Shown: piece after piece, positions 17,491 to 27,227 of the stretch
Layout of the letters: every line of letters starts with the position of its first letter
Numbering within the stretch: the first letter of the stretch is position 1
Virus record (IMG/VR): IMGVR_UViG_3300009151_000035
Span: 83,554 to 147,553 of that record
DNA from: a virus
Strand: one strand, 5' to 3'
DNA: 64,000 nucleotides
Notes under the pieces: generated by a model
Database searches by the model: none
Told to the model about the DNA's origin: nothing
Seen by the model: only the letters and a program-made list of their open reading frames with translations
Translations under genes and position numbers: made by a program

Positions 17491-19054
17491 TTTAGAAACA
17501 GTGCTGGTCAAAGCACCACACAGGGTCGAAACATACACTGAACAGGAACTCACAGAGTTTGCACTATGCGCTGATCCTGTGACTGGTCCGCTGTATTTCA
17601 TGGATAACTTTTTCTTTATCCAGCATCCCACACGCGGCAAAATGCTGTATCATCCTTTTGACTATCAGAAGCGACTGATCCATACCTATCACAACTATAG
17701 ATATTCAATATCACTGATGCCTCGACAAACAGGCAAGTCAACTTCGGCAGCTGGATATCTCTTATGGTATGCTATGTTTGTGCCAGACTCAACAATTCTT
17801 ATTGCTGCACACAAATACACAGGCGCACAAGAAATCATGCAACGTATTAGATATGCGTATGAACTGTGCTCCAATCATATTCGAGCAGGTGCTACCAGCT
17901 ACAACAAAGGTTCGATAGAGTTTGAAAATGGTAGTCGTATTGTTAGTCAGACCACAACAGAAACAACAGGCCGGGGTATGTCAATCTCATTGCTGTACGC
18001 TGACGAATTTGCATTTGTGCGCCCCACCATTGCCAAAGAGTTTTGGACTTCAATTTCTCCCACATTGGCCACTGGTGGTAAGGCAATTATCACATCAACC
18101 CCCAACTCAGACGAAGATCAGTTTGCATTCTTGTGGAAAGGTGCCAACAAATGTGAAGATGAACATGGCAACACCACAGAACTAGGCATCAACGGATTCC
18201 GAGCATTTAGATCATACTGGCGCGAACATCCTGACCGTGGTGATGCCTGGGGTTCAGAACAACTGGCCCAATTGGGCGAAGAACGTTTTCGCAGAGAAAT
18301 GGATTGCGAATTTGTTATCAACGACGAAACATTGATAGCACCTATCAAGCTGATGGACTTGGAAGGTGCAGAGCCCATACGTAGAACTGGGCAAGTGCGT
18401 TGGTATAAAAATCCTGTAAAAGATGGCATGTATGTAATAGCACTAGATCCTAGCTTGGGCACAGGTGGCGACCCTTCTGCTATACAAGTATTTGATGCAA
18501 GAACAACGGATCAGATTGCTGAATGGCGGCACAACAAAACTGACATTCCCACACAAATTAGAATTTTAGCAGACATTGTTAAAGAACTGCATGGTGTAGT
18601 GCAAGATGAAAAAAGCATTTACTACTCAGTAGAAAACAACACTATTGGTGAAGCTGCACTAATCAGCATAGCAGAATATGGCGAACAAAATATTCCTGGG
18701 TATTTTCTAAGCGACAACTCGGTACAAGGCACAAGTGGGCGCAAAATTCGCAAAGGATTTACAACCACAAACAAAAGCAAAATTGTAGCTTGTAACAAGT
18801 TCAAAATTTTAGTAGAGTCTGGGCGAATGAAAATCAACTCAAGGCCCTTAGTGAGCGAACTCAAAACGTTTGTGGCTATGGGTACCAGTTACGAAGCCAA
18901 ACCAGGCGAAACAGACGACTTGGTAATGGCCAGTTTGTTAGCTGTGCGCATGTTAATGATGTTGCAAACCTACCATGCAGACTTGGATACACACTTAAAA
19001 GACCACGGAGATATGATTGTTGAGCCGTTTCCATTCATATCAATGATGCGCTAA
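17471..19054 (+). CDS. terL: terminase large subunit (gp17-like)
   Basis: Walker A PRQTGKST, Walker B LLYADEFAF, ITSTP, nuclease LDP..G, ENN, DDLVMA; start uncertain (17408 or 17471). Confidence 0.95.
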   Translation: MIGLKSNLETVLVKAPHRVETYTEQELTEFALCADPVTGPLYFMDNFFFIQHPTRGKMLYHPFDYQKRLIHTYHNYRYSISLMPRQTGKSTSAAGYLLWYAMFVPDSTILIAAHKYTGAQEIMQRIRYAYELCSNHIRAGATSYNKGSIEFENGSRIVSQTTTETTGRGMSISLLYADEFAFVRPTIAKEFWTSISPTLATGGKAIITSTPNSDEDQFAFLWKGANKCEDEHGNTTELGINGFRAFRSYWREHPDRGDAWGSEQLAQLGEERFRREMDCEFVINDETLIAPIKLMDLEGAEPIRRTGQVRWYKNPVKDGMYVIALDPSLGTGGDPSAIQVFDARTTDQIAEWRHNKTDIPTQIRILADIVKELHGVVQDEKSIYYSVENNTIGEAALISIAEYGEQNIPGYFLSDNSVQGTSGRKIRKGFTTTNKSKIVACNKFKILVESGRMKINSRPLVSELKTFVAMGTSYEAKPGETDDLVMASLLAVRMLMMLQTYHADLDTHLKDHGDMIVEPFPFISMMR

Positions 19055-19064
19055 ATAACAAACT

Positions 19065-21431
19065 ATGGCTATAGAAAACATTTCCCAAGACGTTGCTGAC
19101 TTGCTGGCAACCAAAGACTATGATGTCAAATACACGGACGGGCAAGGACAGGATGCCTCACCAGAGGAATCCAAAACATTTGCGTTTGACTGGGTTGCAG
19201 GATCTGGCAAAAACTACGGCACAGTGGTAATTGTGCTGGGCGATGACAACGACCTGCAATTGTTCTTTGGAGACAATCTGGGCAAAACCATGGAAAATCC
19301 CCAGGACAAACTGGACTGGTTTGGCTCAGAACGTGAAACAGGGTTTTTGCCCGAACTCAAGAACTTTGCTACACAGCACAGATACACATTCAGCCCCAAA
19401 GACATCAATCAACTCAAGCATACCATGCAAGGTATGGCTGCCATCAAAGAAGGTTTATTTGAAGGCTACTATGGCACACGCCGAATCAGCTACGTGGGCC
19501 AGCAAACAGAAGCCAGACTGGTGATCAAACACAATCGCATGATCGGCGAAGATGACAAACGCTATCGTTATGTGGAAAGTTTGTTTATTGAAACTGTGGA
19601 TGGAGAACGATTCAAACTGCCATTTGTGAAACTGTCAGGTGGCAGAGCCATGTTAGAACATGTGAAGCAAGGCGGTAGACCATACGACATTCGTGGACAG
19701 CACATCAATGAGATTGTGAGTGAAATGGCTGTGTTAAGCAGATTTAACCGAGCCAGTCAGCAACGAGTGTTTGAAGGCATCACACAAGAACTGGTAGAAA
19801 CAGTTCATCACTACTATTCGGAACTGCGTGAAAGTTTACAACACATGGCCACAGGCCGCGGCTACAGTCAATATTTTGAATCATGGACACCAGCAGATAT
19901 TGCGGATGAAACTGCCTTGGTAGAAGATCTCAAGACCATGTTTATTGAACAAACATTAGATGCCAGAATTGAGGCTGCATTGCCCACACTGGCCAAAATA
20001 CAACAACGAGGAAACGCTATGAAAGAAGCACAAATTTTTGAAAACTGGGCAAATCAAATCATGGAGGGCACATGGGCCTTGCCAGATACACCAGAAGCAC
20101 AAGCCAAACTAGATGAACTCATGAGCCAAGAACTCATTGTTGGTCCAGACGCTACCAATGCCAAAGAACAACTGTATGATATCTTAGGCGATGATCAATT
20201 ATTTGACATTCTGTCTGACTTGGCTGAACAAGATCCTCGTGCTAACTGTTGGGATGACACAGATGTTCAAGCTAGATTGCAAGAACTTGGTATTCAAATG
20301 AACACCACACCTGACGCTGAACAACAACAGCCTGTGGCACCTCCTGCTGGCGAACCGGCACCAGGCACTGCTCCTGAACAAGGTATGGCGGAAGGCAGTT
20401 CAGAAAACAAATATTCTAACTTATCTAACCGCGGAGTAAATCGTGGAATAAATCGTGCCGGTGATGATTTTAACAGATTGATGGATCTTGACCAAGCAGA
20501 ATCACCACATTATAAAACACAACATCAACAAGATACAAAGCAAAGACTAAAAACTCGTCCAATGGCAGGTCCTAAAGGGCAATTACCCGAGCAAGGTATG
20601 GCAGAAGATCAGTTGGACGAACTAAGTCCCGGCACACTCAGCAACTATGTAAATCAAGCAGTAGATGATGTGGCTGATCGCAGCCATAAAACAGGTTTCC
20701 AAAAGGGTGCAAGAGTTGCATTTAATGCAGTGGCCGGCGGACTTCCAAAATCAGGTAGATTTGAAAAAGATTCTAAGATTGACAATCGCAAAGTTGGCAT
20801 CAGCCGCGCCATAGGCAGAATGGAAGAAAACACAGAACTCAACGCCATGCTGAAATATGCTGGCATTCCGGTGAACGAAAGTCGTATCCATGAAAACTCT
20901 GAGTACACCTATGAAAAAGTTGCCAAAATTTTAGCCCGTGAAAAACCAGGCCTGTCAACAGACAGACACAGCAACGAGTTCTACAGTGCAGTGTATCATG
21001 AACTGATTGCCATTGGTATGACACCAAAAGCTGCTCGCAATTTGATCTCGTATGATAAAGACTTCATGCGTGATGTAGCAAGCACATACGATCATTATCA
21101 AACAAATCCCGGGCTGGATGAAAGCAACTCCGGCATGCTCATGCCCGAAGCAGATCCAATTGCCACAGTAGAAGCCATGCCTGACTTGAGCGCACCAGTT
21201 GTGGAAGGTTCATGCAACTCAACCATGGAGGGAGAATACTGCCCCGAACACGGCCTGGCCGAATGTGGCATGTATGAAATGGGCACAGTAGCAGGTTCGA
21301 TGGCACCAGTGATTGGTGAAGCACCACAGGATCCGATCAACTACAATGCAGCTATCACCGGTGCCTACTACGAAAGCAAATCTGATACTGCACTATTAGC
21401 AAGAATAAAATCACTGGCTTTGCTAAAGTAA
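19065..21431 (+). CDS. large putative virion/head protein with modular C-terminal half
   Basis: 788 aa; late TAAATA at 19052; many xxE processing-like sites and PEQGMAE repeat. Confidence 0.6.
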   Translation: MAIENISQDVADLLATKDYDVKYTDGQGQDASPEESKTFAFDWVAGSGKNYGTVVIVLGDDNDLQLFFGDNLGKTMENPQDKLDWFGSERETGFLPELKNFATQHRYTFSPKDINQLKHTMQGMAAIKEGLFEGYYGTRRISYVGQQTEARLVIKHNRMIGEDDKRYRYVESLFIETVDGERFKLPFVKLSGGRAMLEHVKQGGRPYDIRGQHINEIVSEMAVLSRFNRASQQRVFEGITQELVETVHHYYSELRESLQHMATGRGYSQYFESWTPADIADETALVEDLKTMFIEQTLDARIEAALPTLAKIQQRGNAMKEAQIFENWANQIMEGTWALPDTPEAQAKLDELMSQELIVGPDATNAKEQLYDILGDDQLFDILSDLAEQDPRANCWDDTDVQARLQELGIQMNTTPDAEQQQPVAPPAGEPAPGTAPEQGMAEGSSENKYSNLSNRGVNRGINRAGDDFNRLMDLDQAESPHYKTQHQQDTKQRLKTRPMAGPKGQLPEQGMAEDQLDELSPGTLSNYVNQAVDDVADRSHKTGFQKGARVAFNAVAGGLPKSGRFEKDSKIDNRKVGISRAIGRMEENTELNAMLKYAGIPVNESRIHENSEYTYEKVAKILAREKPGLSTDRHSNEFYSAVYHELIAIGMTPKAARNLISYDKDFMRDVASTYDHYQTNPGLDESNSGMLMPEADPIATVEAMPDLSAPVVEGSCNSTMEGEYCPEHGLAECGMYEMGTVAGSMAPVIGEAPQDPINYNAAITGAYYESKSDTALLARIKSLALLK

Positions 21432-21445
21432 CACAATAGGCAATC

Positions 21446-22453
21446 ATGCATGAGGTAGCACCATTCCCAGGTGGTGATCCGTTTATTTTTTCAATGCCTC
21501 AATGGTTACCCATAGTTCAGAATCACCAATCAACTGAACTATGGGTTCCTTTTTGGTGGACTAATTCGAAAGAGATTAAAAAGTATATAAAAACTCACTT
21601 AGTCAAAAAATTAGTTTTTTATGATCTATTTCATGCTCATCCTGGACCTGATCAATCTTGCCTTAACATAGTTCGGCATTATCAAAAACTTATACCAACG
21701 GTGTTAGTAACAGCTTGTAAAACACCCATACCTGGTATAGACAATATTTTGCATTTTGATTTTTACTGGAATCGCACCAAATATGCATATCTTGACAAAC
21801 AGTCAAGTTGGAAACAACAATCGCCAGACAACTACAATCAATGGCCTGTAGAATTAACTAGACGTCCCGGTGCCATACTTTCTTTGTATGGAACAAATAA
21901 TTGGGGGCTCAAGCAACATTTATATCATCAGATTAAACACGTTTCTGGATATCACGGCGGATATGATGTTAACAATACAAGTTTGCCCAGTGAGACTGGT
22001 ATTAACGATCTGACCAGGTTGCAGGCAACACCACCGGCTAGAAAATATTTTGACAATACATACATATCAGCACAAGTTGAGTCATTATGCAAAGGGCCCA
22101 CTATATTGTATTCAGAGAAAACATATGATCATTTGATACAGGGAAGATTTGTAATGAATTTTGGCCCAAGACATTTTTATCGTACTCTTGTGAATGATGG
22201 ATGGAAACTACCAGTTGGTATAGATTATGAGTGGGATGATATAGAAGATCATCATAATGATTCACATAAGATTGCCACTGAACCTAGATTTCGGGCTTAC
22301 ATCCGATGTCTATTAGAGTTGTCATCCAACATGGAACAACTACACGAACTGTTTGTTACTAATCGTGATGTGTTTGCTCACAACCATGAGCAACTCTGGC
22401 AAAAGCCCTATGATATTATCAGTTTAGAACAACTTGCTCATAAATACACTTGA
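21446..22453 (+). CDS. GT10-like (E-x-SEK motif) glycosyltransferase-like protein
   Basis: ISAQVES...YSEKTYDHLIQGRF...G; IDY.WD; HN. Confidence 0.5.
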   Translation: MHEVAPFPGGDPFIFSMPQWLPIVQNHQSTELWVPFWWTNSKEIKKYIKTHLVKKLVFYDLFHAHPGPDQSCLNIVRHYQKLIPTVLVTACKTPIPGIDNILHFDFYWNRTKYAYLDKQSSWKQQSPDNYNQWPVELTRRPGAILSLYGTNNWGLKQHLYHQIKHVSGYHGGYDVNNTSLPSETGINDLTRLQATPPARKYFDNTYISAQVESLCKGPTILYSEKTYDHLIQGRFVMNFGPRHFYRTLVNDGWKLPVGIDYEWDDIEDHHNDSHKIATEPRFRAYIRCLLELSSNMEQLHELFVTNRDVFAHNHEQLWQKPYDIISLEQLAHKYT

Positions 22454-22478
22454 CACCAAGGCAAATAGCGCATATACT
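22450..22478 (+). promoter_or_regulatory. sigma70-type promoter for gp32 (plus late TAAATA at 22441)
   Basis: TTGACA-17-TATACT. Confidence 0.8.
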
Positions 22479-22575
22479 ACATGGTGTATGCGCTTTATTG
22501 TTTGTGCGTCACAGGCAACAAAGATCTAATTTTAGATAGGCAACACATAGGCAACTTTTTTAGGAGAAACAAACT

Positions 22576-23571
22576 ATGGCATCTTTAGCAGAAATCCGAG
22601 CAAGACTACAGGCAGCTGAAAACAAAGGCAACTCAAACCAAGGTGGAGGCGATCGAGCAATTTATCCACACTGGAATATGGAAGAAGGTCAATCGGCCAC
22701 ACTACGCTTCTTACCTGACGGTAACACAAAAAACACATTTTTCTGGGTCGAACGAGCAATGATCCGACTGCCATTCAACGGCGTCAAAGGAGAAATGGAA
22801 TCCAAACAAGTATTCGTACAAGTACCCTGCGTGGAAATGTGGGGAGACGCTTGCCCGGTACTGGCAGAAGTTCGTACTTGGTTCAAGGACAAGAGCCTTG
22901 AGGACATGGGTCGCAAGTACTGGAAAAAACGTTCATATCTGTTCCAAGGTTTTGTGCGTGAGAATCCCATCTCCGAAGACAAGACTCCGGACAATCCCAT
23001 CCGCAAGTTCATCATTGGACCTCAACTGTTTACCTTGATCAAGGGTGCGTTGATGGATCCTGAGCTGGAAGAATTGCCAACTGACTTGATGCGTGGCTTG
23101 GACTTCCGTATCACCAAGACCCAAAAGGGTGGCTTTGCTGACTACAACAGTTCCAAGTGGGCTAGAAAAGAGTCAGCACTCACAGAAGCTGAACAGGCTG
23201 CAATTGAAACTCACGGCTTGTATGACTTAAGCACATTCTTGCCCAAGCGTCCTGGCGATGTTGAACTGAAGGTGATCAAAGAGATGTTTGAAGCATCAGT
23301 AGACGGACAACCATACGACACCGAGCGTTGGGGTCAATACTTTCGTCCTGCAGGCGTAGCCGCACCCGGTGGTGCTGCCAGCGATGCTGATGACACTCCG
23401 GCACCTGCTGCTAAGCCAGCACTGAAGGTGGCTGCACCAGCAGCACCTGCGGCTGAAGATTCGTTTGATGAAGAACCAGCGTCTGCTGCCGCGCCAGTCA
23501 CAGCAGCCAAACCTAGTGGTAATGCCCAAGACATTTTGGCCATGATCCGCGCACGTCAAAACAAGCAGTAA
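22576..23571 (+). CDS. single-stranded DNA-binding protein (gp32-like)
   Basis: LRFLPD, C..CP, YWKKR, G.DF.I.K, ADY..SKW; acidic Ala-rich tail; AGGAG RBS. Confidence 0.9.
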   Translation: MASLAEIRARLQAAENKGNSNQGGGDRAIYPHWNMEEGQSATLRFLPDGNTKNTFFWVERAMIRLPFNGVKGEMESKQVFVQVPCVEMWGDACPVLAEVRTWFKDKSLEDMGRKYWKKRSYLFQGFVRENPISEDKTPDNPIRKFIIGPQLFTLIKGALMDPELEELPTDLMRGLDFRITKTQKGGFADYNSSKWARKESALTEAEQAAIETHGLYDLSTFLPKRPGDVELKVIKEMFEASVDGQPYDTERWGQYFRPAGVAAPGGAASDADDTPAPAAKPALKVAAPAAPAAEDSFDEEPASAAAPVTAAKPSGNAQDILAMIRARQNKQ

Positions 23572-24197
23572 TGCTGACAGCTCTTGATCAAGAGCTGTTT
23601 CCTAAACTTTGTGAAGTGGTAGCAATGCCACTTCACAATCAGTGGATTTATTTGATTCAAAAAAATGGAAGCAGTAGTTTGAGATTACAACAAGAACAAA
23701 ACAATCTTGATGTATTTTGTAATGAACAAATTTTGTCACTTGATTTTGTAGATGTTTATATCCGAAATCCAAAAGCCAGATATGTAAGTGGAGTCAACAC
23801 TTATTTGCAACATCTATTTCGAGATCATCCAGAACTTGATGTCAAAACTGCCTTATGGTTTGCCAAACGCTACAAATTTTTAAACACACACTATCTGCCA
23901 CAGTTTCACTGGGTAGCAAATCTAAGTCAGTATCTCAAACCCACAACTAAAATACGATTTAGAGATTTAAAAGAGCTTGACAAAATAACTGATTTTCGAG
24001 ACCGTGCTTTGATTGATCCACCCAGTCAAGATTTTGTAAAAAAATTACTTGAAAATGACCCTAGTGCAGAGTTATGGTGGTATTTAGATCAAATCTTGCT
24101 TGACTTAGATGGTAAACTGTTGACCTGGCAAGAACTCATTAATCATTACAAGAGTAATTATCCAGACATCATAGCACATGTATTGCCCAAGACTTGA
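23571..24197 (+). CDS. sulfotransferase-like protein (Sulfotransfer_2 type)
   Basis: IQKNGSSS (5'-PSB loop), IRNPKARYVSG (3'-PB), HYLPQ. Confidence 0.65.
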   Translation: MLTALDQELFPKLCEVVAMPLHNQWIYLIQKNGSSSLRLQQEQNNLDVFCNEQILSLDFVDVYIRNPKARYVSGVNTYLQHLFRDHPELDVKTALWFAKRYKFLNTHYLPQFHWVANLSQYLKPTTKIRFRDLKELDKITDFRDRALIDPPSQDFVKKLLENDPSAELWWYLDQILLDLDGKLLTWQELINHYKSNYPDIIAHVLPKT

Positions 24198-25062
24198 TCA
24201 TTTTGTTAGATTCAATCCCAATGGTACCGTAAGCCGTTGCGGTCACATGGTCAACCCACCGCAGTTTGAAAATCTTGAACAATTAGAATTGAGCAAATGG
24301 TTGAGCGACATTAAGGTTAAATTTCAAACAGATATTTGGCCAACTGAATGTAGTCGTTGTAGTCAAATTGAACAGCAAGGTAATGACAGTATAAGAACAT
24401 ACGCAATAAAATTAGATCAACAAGAAACACAAGTTGATTATTTACAAGTAGGTGGAGTATTAGACAATGTATGTAATGCAGCTTGCCAGACTTGTAATCC
24501 AAACTGTAGCACTAGAATTGGCAGTTTAATTGGGAAAACTTTTCCTATTGTAAACAACAGTGATCAGTTTAAAAATCTTCCACAACAGCGCATTAGACAT
24601 TTGGATATTAACGGGGGAGAACCCAGTTATAGCAAAAACTACAAAACACTATTGGCCAATTTGCCACCTAACCTTAAAACGTTACGTCTTAATACCAATT
24701 GCAATGTGGTGTTGTATGAATTGGTGGACATTGCACAGTCTGGTGTGAACGTTACTGTTACTGTAAGTTGCGATGGCATTGGTCCAATACACGAGTTCAT
24801 GCGATGGCCGATCAAGTGGGACACTTTTTATAAAAACTTAATGGTATATAAAACCATGCCAGTAACATTAAATTTGTGGACCACAGTTAGCTGTTTGAAT
24901 GTCGAGGATTTGCCTAACATACAGGCATTTGCTCAAGAACTTGACATTGATCATTCTTATGCATATCTTGAAGAGCCTGCGATTTTAAGTATAAACAATA
25001 AAGATCAACAATCAATAGATGCATACATACAAAAACAAAAAGACCTAAGGGGGATCAAGTGA
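24178..25062 (+). CDS. radical SAM protein with N-terminal auxiliary Cys domain
   Basis: CNAACQTC, GGEP; YCPRL.H...RCGH...CSRC. Confidence 0.9.
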   Translation: MYCPRLDHFVRFNPNGTVSRCGHMVNPPQFENLEQLELSKWLSDIKVKFQTDIWPTECSRCSQIEQQGNDSIRTYAIKLDQQETQVDYLQVGGVLDNVCNAACQTCNPNCSTRIGSLIGKTFPIVNNSDQFKNLPQQRIRHLDINGGEPSYSKNYKTLLANLPPNLKTLRLNTNCNVVLYELVDIAQSGVNVTVTVSCDGIGPIHEFMRWPIKWDTFYKNLMVYKTMPVTLNLWTTVSCLNVEDLPNIQAFAQELDIDHSYAYLEEPAILSINNKDQQSIDAYIQKQKDLRGIK

Positions 25063-25532
25063 AATACTATACTGTGGTGGAATGCGATCACACTCAAGTT
25101 ATTGCTGACAAAATTTATAATTTTTTAAAAACTCAGACTGAGTTGTTGCAAGTAATAAATTTTGGATGGAATTTTATTGATCATATTGCAGTTCTTGAGC
25201 AGGTGCCAGAATTGTTTGAATTTTTTAAAAACAAAAAACTAGTACCAAGAAATGCCGCAGTTACCATAATTGAAACTAACAAACATTTGCCCCGGCATAT
25301 CGATCAGCTGCCAGTTGTGGCAAAAATGAACTTTCCTGTAATTAATACCCAAGGGTGGGCCAATCGTTGGTATGTTGATAACAAGTTAGTTGCAGAACTA
25401 CAAGATATGCCAACACCAATAGTGTTCAATTCACAGATTGAACACAGCGTAGAAAGAACAACAGCAATCAAGATTCCTAGAATTGTTGCTAGTTTTACAT
25501 TTTATAACGAACCACTGCACTTACTACAATGA
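25059..25532 (+). CDS. 2OG-Fe(II)/cupin-like oxygenase
   Basis: HID...NFPV.N...FNSQIEHSV...PR. Confidence 0.55.
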   Translation: MKYYTVVECDHTQVIADKIYNFLKTQTELLQVINFGWNFIDHIAVLEQVPELFEFFKNKKLVPRNAAVTIIETNKHLPRHIDQLPVVAKMNFPVINTQGWANRWYVDNKLVAELQDMPTPIVFNSQIEHSVERTTAIKIPRIVASFTFYNEPLHLLQ

Positions 25533-26074
25533 AAATAGCAATAACTGGTCATACTGCGGGAATTGGATTGGCCCTCAGTAAACAATTAGTTGAGCAGGGG
25601 CATGAAATTATTGGCCTAAGCAAAAGGCATGGAGATAACATACGCAATATACCTAAAATATGTGATCAAGTTGAACCTTGTGATGTATTTGTAAACAATG
25701 CTCAAGCTGGTTTTGCACAAACAGAATTGTTGTTTGAAATGAGCAAGCGATGGAAACATTTACGCAAACACATTGTGGTGATCAGCACTATAATGACTCA
25801 AGATCCAATAAGCATGTTACCGGGTATTGAGATGATTGAATATCGAGCACAAAAAGTCACACTAGAACATGCAGTGCAACAATTGAGACATGCCAGACTT
25901 GGCATAAAATATACGATTGTTAGACCAGGAAATATTGCTACCAGTGCAGATAAAACTGTGCCGCCGGCTGCTGATGTAGACAACTGGGCTAGAGTGCTAA
26001 TAAATATTTTGGATATGGCACAAGCCAACAGCTTGGTTGTTGCTGATATTTCGTTAGGCCCGGTGTTCCAATGA
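25529..26074 (+). CDS. short-chain dehydrogenase/reductase
   Basis: ITGHTAGIG, NNA, YRAQK (YxxxK), RPG. Confidence 0.85.
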   Translation: MKIAITGHTAGIGLALSKQLVEQGHEIIGLSKRHGDNIRNIPKICDQVEPCDVFVNNAQAGFAQTELLFEMSKRWKHLRKHIVVISTIMTQDPISMLPGIEMIEYRAQKVTLEHAVQQLRHARLGIKYTIVRPGNIATSADKTVPPAADVDNWARVLINILDMAQANSLVVADISLGPVFQ

Positions 26075-27213
26075 CTCCAAAAGAGATGTTAACCAACTCA
26101 TATTTTTGTCCCATGCCATGGTCTGGAATGATGTATAACTTCGATGGCGAAGTGAAAAACTGTATTCGTAGTGCCGGTAAACTTGGTAATATCAAGGAAC
26201 AACCTATACAGCAGATTTTGATTGATAACAACCGACCCAGGCAAGATCATATTGTAAACCAACAACCAGTGGCCACTTGCCATACTTGTTATGACCTTGA
26301 AGGTAGCAATACAGGTTTAAATATCATTAGCGATCGTGTGTTCTACATAAAAGAACTCAAGCACACTCCTACTTCTTTATATACTCCTGGAAATTTCGAC
26401 CTTCAAGCCATTGACGTAAGATGGACCAATCTTTGTAATTTTGCATGCGTCTACTGCGGCCCCATGTTCAGTAGCAAATGGGCCAGTGAGTTAAAAGTTG
26501 TTCAACATAGCCCTACTACAGATCAGATTGATCAGTTCAAACAATATGTGTTTGAACATGCTGCGCAACTCAAACATGTATATCTAGCCGGTGGTGAACC
26601 ACTGCTGATGAAAGAGAATTTAGAACTATTAGTGTTGTTAAAAAAAGTCAATCCAGATGTAAACCTGCGCATCAATACCAATCTTAGCAAAGTAGATACT
26701 CAGGTGTTTGATTTGGTATGCGGATTTAAAAACGTTCATTGGACGGTGAGTGTTGAAACTGTAGAACAAGAATTTGAATACATCAGATATGGCAGCAGTT
26801 GGATAGACTTCCAAGAAAATCTTAAAACAATCAAAAATTTGAATCATAAGATATCTTTTAACATGTTGCATTTTTTGCTAAATTATCAAAGCATATTTGG
26901 TTGTGTAGATCATTTGAAATCTTTGGGATTCCACAACAACAGTTTCATAATCGGAGCTTTACTTGACCCACTATACCTAAATGTTAGACATTTGCCAGAT
27001 CATGTGTTACACTCACTGAAATACACGCTGCAAGAAAAAATTAATCAACAACCAAAGTATCTCTTAGAACAAAGCTATCGAAATATGTTGAGCTATTTGA
27101 ATCAACCATTTGAAAAAAATCTAGCAGGAGCAATAGAAAAATTGCAGACGCTGGATCAAAGAAGAGGATTAGATAGTAAAACAATTTTTCAAAATTTATA
27201 CAACTTAATTTAA
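26071..27213 (+). CDS. radical SAM protein with N-terminal auxiliary Cys domain
   Basis: CNFACVYC, AGGEP; CPMPW...NC...CHTC. Confidence 0.9.
   Translation: MTPKEMLTNSYFCPMPWSGMMYNFDGEVKNCIRSAGKLGNIKEQPIQQILIDNNRPRQDHIVNQQPVATCHTCYDLEGSNTGLNIISDRVFYIKELKHTPTSLYTPGNFDLQAIDVRWTNLCNFACVYCGPMFSSKWASELKVVQHSPTTDQIDQFKQYVFEHAAQLKHVYLAGGEPLLMKENLELLVLLKKVNPDVNLRINTNLSKVDTQVFDLVCGFKNVHWTVSVETVEQEFEYIRYGSSWIDFQENLKTIKNLNHKISFNMLHFLLNYQSIFGCVDHLKSLGFHNNSFIIGALLDPLYLNVRHLPDHVLHSLKYTLQEKINQQPKYLLEQSYRNMLSYLNQPFEKNLAGAIEKLQTLDQRRGLDSKTIFQNLYNLI
26985..27013 (+). promoter_or_regulatory. possible internal sigma70 promoter for uvsX inside the radical SAM gene
   Basis: TAGACA-17-TACACT with extended TG. Confidence 0.4.
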
Positions 27214-27227
27214 AAAGGAAATAACCC

